Shown: positions 9,703 through 19,929 of the stretch, piece by piece
How positions within the stretch are numbered: the first letter of the stretch is position 1
How the letters are laid out: each line of letters begins with the position of its first letter
Source: an uncultured Chloroflexia bacterium
GTDB taxonomy: Bacteria > Chloroflexota > Limnocylindria > Limnocylindrales > CSP1-4
Assembly: GCA_963713095.1 (NCBI GenBank)
Contig: CAVQKK010000005.1
Span: 387,217-451,216, forward strand
Length of the DNA stretch: 64,000 bases
Direction of reading: 5' to 3'
Program-made: the position numbers and the translations under genes
Notes under the pieces: model-generated
The model's database searches: none
What the model saw: the letters and a program-made list of their open reading frames with translations, nothing else
Told to the model about the DNA's origin: nothing

Positions 9703-10539
9703 TCAGACTGTGGGTGGTCCCTGCTGGATACGGCGGAGCAGGGTCTCGAACGACTCGTCAGGCTCCCAGCGACTCTCGATCCACCAGGTGGCGCCGGCGG
9801 CGATCAGCGGCTCGAGCAGGCTGGCGTTCGTCCGGTGATCGGTCCCGGAGGTCGTTCCTTCGACGACGATCTCGAACGGACCGCCTTGCTGGCGATGCTC
9901 GTCCATCCAGGCCTTGACCTGTCGAACGGTGGCCGCCGAGATCTCACCTTCCGGGCTCACCCCGGACATGTCGTGGATGATGCAGCCATCCCACCGGGCC
10001 GACCGGGCCAGGGATTTCGGATGCGGCCACGCGCCAACGGTCCAGACCGGGATGCGGGGTCGCTGGACAGGTCGAGGTTGAAAGAGGAGATCCGTCATCT
10101 GGTAGTGGGTGCCGGCGTAGCTGACCGTCTGGCCGGTCCAGGCGAGGGCCAGGATGTCGAGGCATTCGTCGAGCTTCTCGGCTCGGATCCGGCGCTCCGG
10201 GTCGTCGGTGCTCACGCGCGAGTAGCCGCCATCCCAGGTCCCTCCAAGGCCCACCGGGATGACGAGACGGCCATCGGACAGGTGATCGACGGTGATCGAC
10301 TCGCGCGCGACCTTCCACGGACGCCGCCGAGCGAGCGAGAAGACCATGGCGCCGATGGTGATCCGATCAGTCGCGACCGCCATGGCACCGAGGATCGCCC
10401 ACGGATCGAACACGTCGCGCGGCTCGACGGCGATGTCGTCCCAGGCGAACACGCCGTCCCAGCCGTGATGCTCGGCCTCGCGCGCGAGCGTCACGTATTC
10501 GGTCGCGCCGCCGAACGAGGTGACGAATCCGTACTTCAC
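9703..10539 (-). CDS. LLM-class (luciferase-like) flavin/F420-dependent oxidoreductase
   Basis: GTG start with GGAG RBS; TIM-barrel LLM motifs (GVFAWDDIA, TDRITIGAMVFS). Confidence 0.75.
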   Translation of the reverse strand: MKYGFVTSFGGATEYVTLAREAEHHGWDGVFAWDDIAVEPRDVFDPWAILGAMAVATDRITIGAMVFSLARRRPWKVARESITVDHLSDGRLVIPVGLGGTWDGGYSRVSTDDPERRIRAEKLDECLDILALAWTGQTVSYAGTHYQMTDLLFQPRPVQRPRIPVWTVGAWPHPKSLARSARWDGCIIHDMSGVSPEGEISAATVRQVKAWMDEHRQQGGPFEIVVEGTTSGTDHRTNASLLEPLIAAGATWWIESRWEPDESFETLLRRIQQGPPTV

Positions 10540-10796
10540 GGCAACTCCGCGGCTCCAGCGCAGTCATTCCTGCCCTGCTGCGGATCATAGGCCCGGGTCC
10601 CCTCCAGTCGCCATGAGCCGTCGGCCTGACCCCGATCGTGTGGCCGTTCGGTTCGTCCGGGTCCCTGGTGCGCACGAGCAGACGGTGTGGCGGATCGCAC
10701 GTCTCAACACGGCCCGTGCCTTCCCACCCAGTGGCAAGAATTGGGCTCGGAATTCGCCACCGGGCCGCAGGTCGCCATCGATCCTGGGTATGGGCG

Positions 10797-11372
10797 CTAC
10801 GGCATCACCCAGCCGGCTGGCGGAACCTGAAAGGCCTCGATCGTGGCGACCCACGTCGGTGTTGGAGGCGGGCTTGGGTCCGTAGCGCCCTGGAGCCCGA
10901 GCGAGACCGCCGCGACCTTCGCCGATCCCGTGAAGCTCACCCACCCGTGCATGGTCGTGCCGGAGATGACCAAGACGTCGAAGCAGACCGCCGGCGACCC
11001 GACCCCCGGCCACAGGTCACCGCAGGCGAAAGGCTGCGGCTGCAGAACCACGCGAGCGACCGGCAGTCCGAGTGGCGCGACGACGGCGCGGACCGCGGCG
11101 ATCGCCGGCGGACAGGGATCGATGCCGATGTAGACCGTCTTCATCGGCTCCCCCACGCACACGTCGGTCTCGGCCGGTGGGTTCGTCGTCGGAGGTGGCG
11201 TGACCGGCGCCGGCGTCCCGGGTGCAGAAGCGGCGGGCGTCGAGGTCGGCGCCGAAGCGGACGGGCTCGGCACGGGACCCGCACAGGCGGCCACCGCGAC
11301 GACCAGGGCTGCCACCGCTGCGAGATTCAGGAGGCGGGCGGCCCCGGGTGCGGCCCGCTCCACTGGCTTCAT
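10797..11372 (-). CDS. lipoprotein with Pro/Thr-rich linker (unknown function)
   Basis: ATG at 11372 gives MKPVERAAPGAARLLNLAAVAALVVAVAACAG (lipobox AACAG); alternative upstream start 11444 lies inside sequence next to the IS end. Confidence 0.6.
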   Translation of the reverse strand: MKPVERAAPGAARLLNLAAVAALVVAVAACAGPVPSPSASAPTSTPAASAPGTPAPVTPPPTTNPPAETDVCVGEPMKTVYIGIDPCPPAIAAVRAVVAPLGLPVARVVLQPQPFACGDLWPGVGSPAVCFDVLVISGTTMHGWVSFTGSAKVAAVSLGLQGATDPSPPPTPTWVATIEAFQVPPAGWVMP

Positions 11373-11439
11373 GGCGAGAGGACGATACCAATCGACTACA
11401 AGTTCCGACCGGCCATGCCCCGTGGAGTGGTGGGAAATG

Positions 11440-12780
11440 AGCATGCCGTCGTGATCCTCAGCGACGGTGTCGGTGGCGTCGGTCAGGACGCCAGCAGGAC
11501 GGTCTTCGCTCCTTCCACCTCCTTCGTCGTCTGATCATCGCGGGCCGGGTCAAGCCTCGCCATCGAGCCCTCGGACAGGTAGCGGCGAGGGGCGATCGCC
11601 CACTCGTCGTGGACCTCGAGCAGCACGGCCCCGGCCAGGCGCAGGACCGCCGCCTCGCCCGGGAAGATGCCCACCACGTCCGTCCGGCGCTTCACCTCCT
11701 TGTTCACCCGCTCCAGCGGGTTGGTGCTCCACACCTTGCGCCAGTGAGCCACCGGGAAGGCCGTGAACGCGAGCAGGTCGTCACGCGCCTCGGTGAGCAT
11801 CGCCGCCACGACCCGGAAGCGCGGCTCAAGCCTGGTCGCGATCTCGTCGAGCTGCTCGCGCACCGAGGCCGCATCGGGCTGGGCGAAGATCGTGCGGATC
11901 GCCGCCAGCACCATCTCGGCCGAGCCCTTGGGGATCCGGGCCAGGACGTTGCGCAGGAAGTGCACCCTGCACCGTTGCCAGGCCGCGCCCAGCAGGACCG
12001 CCCCGATGGCGGCCTTCAAGCCCTCGTGGGCGTCGCTGATGACGAGGCGCACACCCGACAGGCCACGCGCCCGGAGGCTGCGCAGGAACGCCGTCCAGAA
12101 CGCGCCGTCCTCGCTGTCGCCGACCGCGAGGCCCAGCACCTCCCGGTCGCCCCGCTCGGTCACCCCGGTCGCAACCACGATCGCCTTGGACACCACGCTC
12201 GCGCCGTCGTGGGCCTTGACGTAGGTGGCGTCGAGGAACACGTAGGGGAAGGCGGTGTGGCCCAGCGGCCGGTCGCGGAACGCGGCCACGACGTCGTCGA
12301 GCTCGGCGCAGATCCTGCTCACCTCGCTCTTGCTGATCCCGGCGTCGATGCCCAGCGCGGTCACCAGATCGTCGACCTTGCGGGTACTGACGCCGTGGAC
12401 GTAGGCCTCCATGACCACCGCCCACAGGGCGCGGTCGATCCGCCGTCGGGGCTCCAAGAGGGCCGGGAAGAACGAGCCCGACCGGAGCTTGGGGATGCGC
12501 AGCTCGACGTCGCCCGCCTTGGTCGAGAGGAGCCGGCTGCGGCTGCCGTTGCGGTGGGTCGTCCGCTCGTCGCTGCGTTCGTACCGGCCGGCCCCGATCG
12601 ACCTGGGCGGCCTCGAGCTCGATCAGCTCCTGGAGGACGAGCGTCATCGCCTCGCGCAGGACGTCGGTGCCGCCGCCGGCGCGGATCGCGTCGAGCAGGC
12701 TGGAAAGGGCAGACTGTGACAGGGCCATCGATGTACCTCACGTGCTCCGCCAAGAACACGCTGAGCATCACACCGGTGGC
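11440..12780 (-). mobile_element. IS256-family insertion sequence (approximate ends)
   Basis: Mutator/IS256-type transposase ORF; candidate 18-bp imperfect terminal inverted repeats CCGtcGTGATcCTCAGCG (11446-11463) and its inverted copy at 12759-12776 (15/18 match); no clean target-site duplication identified. Confidence 0.6.
11483..12728 (-). pseudogene. IS256-family transposase, interrupted by a 1-nt frameshift
   Basis: N-terminus MALSQSALSSLLDAIRAGGGTDVLREAMTLVLQELIELEAAQ (frame of ORF 11826..12728) continues in frame +1 as IGAGRYERSDERTTHRNGSRSRLLSTKAGDVELRIPKLRSGSFFPALLEPRRRIDRAL.. (ORF 11483..12457); junction near 12590-12600 in run GTCGATCGGGGCC; no slippery heptamer. Confidence 0.7.
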
Positions 12781-13258
12781 CCTGACGCTGCCCGCCAACG
12801 ACGCAGCGTCGCGCCGAGCCGGGACGTCAGGACCTCACGCTCAAAGTCCACCACTCGGGGGGACACCACTTTCCGACCGCCCTGTGGAGTGCGCGCTTCC
12901 ATCGCAATGTGTGCCGCGAATGACACCCGACGCTTCGTATAGAGCCATCAAAGGCAGACCGGGCGCAGTGTCATGCGTCGACCGTCGGCGAGGGTGCGCG
13001 AATGTCACGTGATGGGCTGGGTGCGCGGCGGACTTGATTCGGGGGGCGTGTGCTCCCTCCGGCCAAGCACGGAGGGAGCTCTGCCAGTCCGCCCGTCGTG
13101 CCCCTTCGATACCGTGGCAGCATCCAGCGCGGCACAGGTGGTGTCATTACGCACCGTAACCCTTGCGGGTCGATCCCTGCGCCGTCGCCCGCCGGGTCAC
13201 CCTCGACGAGGGAGCTGCCAGGCCCGCCGACGGGGCACTCAGGTCCCCGAGCGTCACC

Positions 13259-14254
13259 TCATTCTGGCGACCGATCCGCGATCCGTGAGTCCGCCGCAAG
13301 GGCTTGTGGGAACCATCGGAGCCTGGTCGGCAGGAGCGGGCGCCAGGCGCACCAAGCCGTCACAAGCCAGGCGCTGATGGACTGCTCGCGGGTACCCCAG
13401 GGGAGGCCGTACTCCTCGCGGGTGGAAGCCGGCAGCAGGCCGGTCGAGGGAACGAGCAACCAGTCGACGGCGGCCGGTGGGACGGCACGCAGCGCCGATG
13501 CGACGGGGGCAGCGAGCGCGCCCAGCCGGCCCGCCACCGGACCCTGCTCGGCCAGCGGTGCCAGCGGCGGATGCAGGATGACCGAGGCGAGCGACCGGGC
13601 CGTCGCGGTGGGGTGCACGGGTCCGTCCGGGCCGAGCATCGAGGCGACGTAGGCATCGAACGCGTCGATGTCTGCCGGGAGGGCCCGCTCCGGCACGCCG
13701 AACAGCCGCCCGATCGGCAACGTCTCGGCGTAGAAGCGCGCCCGGCGATCGGCGGACAGCGGCTCGAGCCAGGCGTCAACCGTCGCGAGCGTCGCGTCGA
13801 TGAGCGTGGCATGGACCCACAGTGACAGCTCCGGATCCCGGGCCGCATACGCGTCGCCGAAGCGCGCCGCCGCTCCGCCGTCCCGGATCGGCCCGGTCAC
13901 GGTCCGATGGAGCTCGTTCAGCCGCCGGATCTCCGCTCGTGCCGCCGTCCCCGTCCCGTACACGATCCGCAGGTAGCTGCGCAGCGTGCCGGCCAGGCGC
14001 GCCCACGGATCGGCCCGGAAGTTCGAGTGCTGGTCGACACCCTCGGCCACAAGCGGGTGGGCGATCTGGAGCAGCAGCGCCCGCGGGCCGGCGCCGAGCA
14101 GCAGCGCGGCCTCGCGATTGAGCCGCCATGCCTCGGAGCCCGGCCCGTAGAGGCCGGCAGCCTCGTCGAGGTCAGGCCGTGACGAGAGGGACCCAGCGGC
14201 CGGGGGATCGAAGGCGCCCGTCAGCGCTCGCTCGGCCGTCGCCCGACGACCCAC
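13259..14254 (-). CDS. DUF2236 / MpaB-family oxygenase-like protein
   Basis: GPGSEAWRLNREAALLLGAGPRALLLQIAHPLVAEGV motif; GTG start overlapping the bioY stop by about 31 nt. Confidence 0.6.
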   Translation of the reverse strand: MGRRATAERALTGAFDPPAAGSLSSRPDLDEAAGLYGPGSEAWRLNREAALLLGAGPRALLLQIAHPLVAEGVDQHSNFRADPWARLAGTLRSYLRIVYGTGTAARAEIRRLNELHRTVTGPIRDGGAAARFGDAYAARDPELSLWVHATLIDATLATVDAWLEPLSADRRARFYAETLPIGRLFGVPERALPADIDAFDAYVASMLGPDGPVHPTATARSLASVILHPPLAPLAEQGPVAGRLGALAAPVASALRAVPPAAVDWLLVPSTGLLPASTREEYGLPWGTREQSISAWLVTAWCAWRPLLPTRLRWFPQALAADSRIADRSPE

Positions 14255-14889
14255 CAGGCGACCGGAAACACCCCTGCCGCGGTGAGCAGCTTGGCGGTGT
14301 CGACGACGACGAACGGCAGCAGACCCTTGGTCACCGCGTCGGCCAGCGACATCCCGGTCACCGCCGCCAGCCAGGGGACGCCGACGAGGTAGATCACGAT
14401 CGTGCCCAGCAGCGTGGCGCCCACCGCGCCGCCGATGTGCCGGTCCCAGCCGAGCTCGGCCAGCCGTCCGACCAGACCTGCGGCGAGCACGAAGCCCACC
14501 AGGTACCCGCCCGTGGCGCCCCAGATCACGTCAATTCCGCCCCTGCCCTCGGCGAAGAACGGCAGGCCGACGACGCCCAGCGCCACGTACAGCAGGGCGG
14601 CCAGCCCGCCACGCCGGAGTCCCAGCGCACCACCGACCACGAGGATCCCGAAGTTCTGCAGCGTGTAGGGCACGGGATTGCCGGGAATCGCGAACGAGAC
14701 GAGCGAGGTCAGGTAGATCAGCAGGGCGCCCGCGGCCATCAAGCCCGCGTTCCGCAGCACCGGCGAGACGCGCTCCCCGACGCGCACCGGGATCAGGAAG
14801 TCGGCGATCGTCACGCCCTTCTCGGTGGCGGGTACCCGCGTCAGCGACGGGATCGCGATCACATCGTCTCCTCGGCTCGGCGCTGACAC
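14221..14889 (-). CDS. bioY: BioY-family biotin transporter (ECF S-component-like)
   Basis: Multi-TM protein with NPVPYTLQNFGILVVG, GYLVGFVLAAG motifs of BioY; N-terminal 30 aa extension uncertain. Confidence 0.75.
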   Translation of the reverse strand: MSAPSRGDDVIAIPSLTRVPATEKGVTIADFLIPVRVGERVSPVLRNAGLMAAGALLIYLTSLVSFAIPGNPVPYTLQNFGILVVGGALGLRRGGLAALLYVALGVVGLPFFAEGRGGIDVIWGATGGYLVGFVLAAGLVGRLAELGWDRHIGGAVGATLLGTIVIYLVGVPWLAAVTGMSLADAVTKGLLPFVVVDTAKLLTAAGVFPVAWWVVGRRPSER

Positions 14890-15009
14890 GGCGCCGGGTG
14901 TCGCGCGGAGTCTACCAACCGGCGAGAACAGCCACCAGCGCGGCGGCCAGTCGAAACGCGCGGTGAGGGGGCAAGACCCCGGACGGCGCGGCAGGCCCGG
15001 CGTGGTCCC

Positions 15010-17607
15010 CTACTCGCCGCGCACCGCCGCCACGATCGAGCGACGACCGGCGATCCGAGCGGGCTGCGCGGCGGCCAGCATGGCCAGCGCAACACCGAGC
15101 ACGATCGTGAGCGCGATCGTGGGCAACGGCAGCGAGATGCCGGCCCCGCCACCCGCGGTCCAGACGAGCAGCCAGCCGACCGCCACGCCGGCGCCCGATC
15201 CAACCAGCGCACCGATCGCGCCGAGGATGCCCGCCTCGACGACGACGCTGCGCCAGACCTGACGCCGGCTCATGCCGACGGCACGCAGCATGCCAAGCTC
15301 ACGCGACCGTTCGAAGGTGTCCATCGAGAGCGTGTTGACGATCCCCAGCGCCGCGACGACGACGGCTGCCAGGGCGAGCAGGTCCAGCAGGCCGAACAGC
15401 CGATCGAGCGCATCGCCCAGCGCGCCTTCGATGTGCGAGATCGGCGCCGGGGTGAGGGCCAGCTCCCGCGCCAACGTGTCAACGTCCGCGGCCGCGGCCG
15501 CCTCACGGCCAGGCTCGAATCGGACGGCGAACGCATCGGCTCCCGCCACCCCGAACTGCGACAGCGCGTCCGGCCAGCCGACGAGGACGGCCTCGCCGCC
15601 CTGCCCCGGGAACGAATGATCGACGATCCCGGTCACCTGGAGCTCGACCGTCCCGCCGGCCGTGGTCACCGCGAGCACATCGCCCACCCCCACGCCCAGC
15701 TGCTGTGCGCGCGAGCGAGGCACGATCACCGTCCCGCCCACGTCGAGTCCGGCCAGGGCCGCGTGCCGGTCGCCGGCGGTGAACACCAGCCGTCCATCGG
15801 CATCGAAGTCGGCGCCACGGATGGCCGTTGCGTCCAGCCGCGTCCCGCCGAACGCGAGCCCGAACGATGCGATCGGGGTCACCTGCGCCACGCCGTCCAC
15901 GGCTGCGATCTGCTGCTCGGCGCCGTCATCCTCGAGCGGGACCGGGGCGATCGCGGTCAGGATCTCGTCACCCGGCACCACCTGCGCCAGCCACGACGTC
16001 GCGGCCGTCCGCGCGTTGGTCGCGACGGATCCCAGGGCCACCACCATCGCCAGGCCGACGACCAGGGCCCCGACCGTCAGCGCCGTGCGCGCCCGGTCGC
16101 GAGCGATCGCGGCGCGCGCGAGGCGCTCCTCGAGCCGCAGCGCCCACGCGAACGGCAGACCGGCGATCCGGCCCAAGGGCGCCAGCAGGATCGGCGTGAC
16201 CAGGACGGCGATCAGGAGAACCGCGTACACCGCGGCCGCCCGTCCTGGTCCGGCCGGCGTTCCGGTATTGACCGGCAGGACCAGGACCGCCAGCACGCCC
16301 ACGACGGCAACCACGATGACCAGCCAGCCTGTCCGCGCCCGAGCGGTCGCACCCGGCTCGGCGCGCGCCCGGAGGGCGGTCACCGGGCTGACCCCGGCGG
16401 CGCGACGGGCGGGCTCGAGCGCCGCGACGACGGTGATCACCAGGCCGGCGAGCAGCCCGGCAAGCACCACACCCGGCGTCACCGACGGGCCGTCGATGGC
16501 CACCCCGCCGGCCACCTGGAGCCAGCGGGCCATGATGTCGGCCAGCAGCACGCCGATGGCGATGCCGGCGATCGCGCCCGCCGCACCCAGCAGGACCCCC
16601 TGGGTCACGACCAGACGGACGACCTGGCCGCGGCCGGCGCCCGCAGCACGGAGCAACGCCAGCTCGCGGATACGCTCGACGACCGTCATGGCCAGCGTGT
16701 TGAGGATCAGGAACGCGGCGGCGAACAGAGCGATCGCGGCCAGCAACGCGAGCGTCGAGCGCACGTCCGCGGTCGACGCGCGGAGCGACGCCGCCACGTC
16801 GGCGGGCACCGTGATCACGTACGGCTCGCGGGTGAGCGCTCGTTCGAGGCCTGCGGTCACCGTGGCCACATCGGCGCCCGCGGCGAGAACGACGTCGATC
16901 CGTGACAGGCCGGTCAGCGCACCGGCGGTGTCGGTCGCGTTCGAGGCTGTGGCTCCCGCCGTGGCGCCGTCGCTGGTCGCTCCACCGGCGCTGTCGGGGA
17001 TGTTGAGCTGCGCCGCCGTGGCCAGCGGCAGCAGCACCGTCCGGCCTGACGAGCCCGGGATCGGCCCGTCGCCCGCCAGGACCCCCACCACCCGCACGTG
17101 CAGTGGTGCGCCGGCGCCCAGAATGGTCAGCTGGCTGCCAACGTCGAGCCCATCGGTCGCAGCCAGGCGCTCGGTGACCAGGGCCACCGGCTCGTCGAGC
17201 GCGCCCAGCGGCGCGCCCCGGACGAGGGACAGGTCCCGCACCCGTGCCTCGCGGGGCGGGTCGATTCCCAGCACCGTGACCGGATCGCCCGGCGCGGATC
17301 GACCCGGTTCGGGTGCCAGATACGACCGACGCTCGATCGCCGGCGCAGTGAGGGCGACACCCGGCACGTCGTCGATCGCGGCCAGCGTCGCGCCGGACAG
17401 CCCGGTCTCCGCGAACGCCGACACCTGCAGGTCCGCACGACCCACCAGCCCGGACACCGTCCGGTCGATCGAGGCGTCGAGCCCGGCGTCGATCGCGAGC
17501 GCAGCCACCAGGACCCCGACCCCGATCGCAATACCGAACACGGTCAGCACGCTTCGCGCCGGTCTGGCGACCAGGCTTCGCCACGCGTACGGCAGCAAGC
17601 CCCGCAT
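15010..17607 (-). CDS. ABC transporter permease with two FtsX-like domains (MacB-type)
   Basis: 865 aa, N- and C-terminal FtsX 4-TM modules (…RELALLRAAGAGRGQV…, …RELGMLRAVGMSRRQV…); antisense long ORFs 15433..16905 and 15662..17761 rejected. Confidence 0.8.
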   Translation of the reverse strand: MRGLLPYAWRSLVARPARSVLTVFGIAIGVGVLVAALAIDAGLDASIDRTVSGLVGRADLQVSAFAETGLSGATLAAIDDVPGVALTAPAIERRSYLAPEPGRSAPGDPVTVLGIDPPREARVRDLSLVRGAPLGALDEPVALVTERLAATDGLDVGSQLTILGAGAPLHVRVVGVLAGDGPIPGSSGRTVLLPLATAAQLNIPDSAGGATSDGATAGATASNATDTAGALTGLSRIDVVLAAGADVATVTAGLERALTREPYVITVPADVAASLRASTADVRSTLALLAAIALFAAAFLILNTLAMTVVERIRELALLRAAGAGRGQVVRLVVTQGVLLGAAGAIAGIAIGVLLADIMARWLQVAGGVAIDGPSVTPGVVLAGLLAGLVITVVAALEPARRAAGVSPVTALRARAEPGATARARTGWLVIVVAVVGVLAVLVLPVNTGTPAGPGRAAAVYAVLLIAVLVTPILLAPLGRIAGLPFAWALRLEERLARAAIARDRARTALTVGALVVGLAMVVALGSVATNARTAATSWLAQVVPGDEILTAIAPVPLEDDGAEQQIAAVDGVAQVTPIASFGLAFGGTRLDATAIRGADFDADGRLVFTAGDRHAALAGLDVGGTVIVPRSRAQQLGVGVGDVLAVTTAGGTVELQVTGIVDHSFPGQGGEAVLVGWPDALSQFGVAGADAFAVRFEPGREAAAAADVDTLARELALTPAPISHIEGALGDALDRLFGLLDLLALAAVVVAALGIVNTLSMDTFERSRELGMLRAVGMSRRQVWRSVVVEAGILGAIGALVGSGAGVAVGWLLVWTAGGGAGISLPLPTIALTIVLGVALAMLAAAQPARIAGRRSIVAAVRGE

Positions 17608-17615
17608 GGCCGCGG

Positions 17616-18470
17616 CTACAGCCCCAGCTGGGCGAGGCGGGCGATCAGCGGCCCCGCGGCGTGGTCGTCGCGCCGACCGAGATGGATCTCGTCCTGGACG
17701 CGACCGTCCAGGAGCACGAGCACCCGGTCCGCGTACGCGGCGGCCTTCGCATCATGGGTGACGAGAACGATCGTCTGGCCCCGGTCGACACACGCCCGCC
17801 ACAGGGCGTTGAGGATGCCGATCCCGGTCTTGAAGTCGAGGTTCCCCGTCGGCTCGTCGGCGAGCAGGAGGGCGGGTCCGGTGACGATCGCGCGCGCGAC
17901 CGCGACCCGCTGCTGCTCGCCGGCCGAGAGCTGCTCGGGCCGGTGGCGCTCCTTGCCCGTGAGCTCGACCAGCGCGATCGCGTCGCGGATTCGGGCGGCC
18001 AGCTGGCCCGACCGCGGGTCCTGGCCGGCGATCGTGAACGGCAGGCCGACGTTCTCCACCACGTTGAGCAACGGGATGAGGTTGAACGACTGGAACACGA
18101 ACCCGGTCCGCTCACGCCGGAGGCGGGTGGCCTGGTCGTCGGACAGCCGGCCGATCGACTCACCCTCCAGCAGGACCTCGCCGCTGGTCGGCCGGTCGAG
18201 ACCGCCGAGGAGCTGGAGCAGCGTGCTCTTGCCCGAGCCCGACGGGCCCATGAGGGCGACCAGCTCCCCCGGCATCACCCGCAGGCTGACGCCCTGGACG
18301 GCGTCGATCATCTCCCCGATCAACCGGTAGGTGCGGGTCACGCCGCGGGCCTCGAGGATCGGGACCACATCGGTCCGCGGGTCCTGGGCTGCGGTGACGT
18401 GGAGGGCAGCGGTGGGGGCGGGGCCACTGGGCCCCGAACCGGCGCCACCCTGGGGCGGATGAGCGGTCAT
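17616..18470 (-). CDS. ABC transporter ATP-binding protein (MacB/LolD-like)
   Basis: ATG at 18470 (M114 of ORF) with GGAG upstream; Walker A GPSGSGKST, signature LSAGEQQRVAVARA, Walker B LLLADEPTGNLD. Confidence 0.8.
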   Translation of the reverse strand: MTAHPPQGGAGSGPSGPAPTAALHVTAAQDPRTDVVPILEARGVTRTYRLIGEMIDAVQGVSLRVMPGELVALMGPSGSGKSTLLQLLGGLDRPTSGEVLLEGESIGRLSDDQATRLRRERTGFVFQSFNLIPLLNVVENVGLPFTIAGQDPRSGQLAARIRDAIALVELTGKERHRPEQLSAGEQQRVAVARAIVTGPALLLADEPTGNLDFKTGIGILNALWRACVDRGQTIVLVTHDAKAAAYADRVLVLLDGRVQDEIHLGRRDDHAAGPLIARLAQLGL

Positions 18471-18651
18471 GGCCGGGTCGGCTCCATGCGAGGCGGTCGG
18501 AACAGCGTACACGTCGGGCAGATCACGACGGTCCGTACCGTAGCGGTGCGGTCCGGTGCAGTCACCTGCTCGATAGTCCTGGCGGACGGTGATTGCCCGG
18601 GGAGCGCTCGCGAGGCCGTCGAGGCGCGACGTTGCGTGCCGAAGGTTCGTG

Positions 18652-19617
18652 CTACGTGCCGAAGAACTGCCCGAACACGGCGTCGACGATCGACTGCACC
18701 AGGCCCGGGCCGGCATCCGGCTCGACGACGCGGTATCTGCCCGGAGGTGGTGCGGCAAGCGCAAGGTCAGCCGACGATGGAGCGACGGTCGGGGACGCGG
18801 ACGCGACACGGGTTGGCGAGGGGGTCGGCGCCAGCGTGGGCGTTGGGCTCACCGTGGGCGGTGGGGCCAGGGTCGGTGCGAGCGTCGGAGCGACCGTCGC
18901 GACCGCAGGCGGCTCCGGCGTGGGCTTGGGGGTTGGCTTGGCCGTCGGTTTGGGGGTCGGTTTCGGGGTCGGTTTCGGCGTGGGCCTGGCGGTCGGTTTC
19001 GGGGTCGGCTTGGGCGTGGGCTTGGGGGTCGCCGTGGCAGTCGATCCGCACTTGTCGGCGAACAGCACCGTCCACATGAACGTGTCGCTCTTGCCGTTGA
19101 AGTTGCCTTTGTAGGCACCCACCGCGACCACGTCCCAGGACTTGCCCATGATGTTCGCCCGGTGGCCGGACGAGTTCATGAACTTGTTGAAGATCCAGTT
19201 GGTCGCATCCTCGACGCTTGCGCCCGGCCAGGTCACGTAGCCGATGTTCTCGCCGGCGGACTTGAAGCAGTAGTCGTACTTGTACTGCATGTACCAGAAC
19301 ACCTGGTGGCTGGTCCCGGCGATCGTGTGGCTGAAGTAGTCGCGGGCGATCATGTCCTTGCTTCGCCAGCGCGCGATCGTGCGCAGCGCGGTGTCGAGCT
19401 TGAGGGACTTGAGGCCGCCAGACGCGCGGGCCTGGTTCTGGAGGGAGATCAGCATCGACTCGGACGTCGAGTTGTAGGTGTTCGTGTCCCACGCGAGGGC
19501 GGCGCCCGGGGCGGCCAGCAGCCCGACCGAGGTGAGGGCGAACGCGAGGGTCACGACGGCGGCGAGGTGACGGGTCGCGATCAGCGGGGCGGACAGGCGG
19601 GCCGGCAGGTGGGACAT
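18652..19617 (-). CDS. secreted CAP/SCP/PR-1 domain protein with TPKP-repeat linker
   Basis: ATG at 19617 gives signal peptide [42 protein letters not shown]; CAP motifs (GENIGY, HRANIMG, W..VAVGAY); C-terminal (PTPK)n and PT-rich tail. Confidence 0.7.
   Translation of the reverse strand: MSHLPARLSAPLIATRHLAAVVTLAFALTSVGLLAAPGAALAWDTNTYNSTSESMLISLQNQARASGGLKSLKLDTALRTIARWRSKDMIARDYFSHTIAGTSHQVFWYMQYKYDYCFKSAGENIGYVTWPGASVEDATNWIFNKFMNSSGHRANIMGKSWDVVAVGAYKGNFNGKSDTFMWTVLFADKCGSTATATPKPTPKPTPKPTARPTPKPTPKPTPKPTAKPTPKPTPEPPAVATVAPTLAPTLAPPPTVSPTPTLAPTPSPTRVASASPTVAPSSADLALAAPPPGRYRVVEPDAGPGLVQSIVDAVFGQFFGT
18880..19010. repeat. tandem 12-nt coding repeats (PKPT units) inside CAP-domain gene
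   Basis: ggtttcggggtc / ggcttgggcgtg units repeated about 9 times; translate to [40 protein letters not shown]. Confidence 0.8.
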
Positions 19618-19929
19618 TGGGCAGCTTGTGGATCGGTCTCGAGGGCAAACGGTGGCGACTTCGGCGTCACGGCGATCATGTGCTGCCACCCGACTCCCAA
19701 CCGCTGCGCAATGGTCCCGACCGCACCGGCCCGCGGTACCAGTTGCCCACCCACACCAACCCCGACCGCACCTTGCCGCCCACCCGGCTCTCTCGATCCC
19801 GGCCGCGGACGCGGCTGACATGCCCGACCGGCTCGCCGGGCCGGTGCGCCCGGAGCCGCGCCTCCGGTACACTCCGCTGGCCCCGAGCCTCGACGAGCGC
19901 GACCGCGCCGCCGGGCCGGATGCGCCCGC

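Noticed and set aside
12560-12620. Programmed ribosomal frameshift in the IS transposase
   Set aside because: IS256-family transposases are single-ORF, and there is no slippery heptamer at the junction; a mutation or sequencing error in a G-run is more likely.
11403-12884. Direct repeats TTCCGACCG..GTGGAGTG as IS target-site duplication
   Set aside because: The repeats are too long, imperfect with indels, and placed asymmetrically (16 bp versus 84 bp from the IS ends); IS256 makes 8-9 bp duplications.
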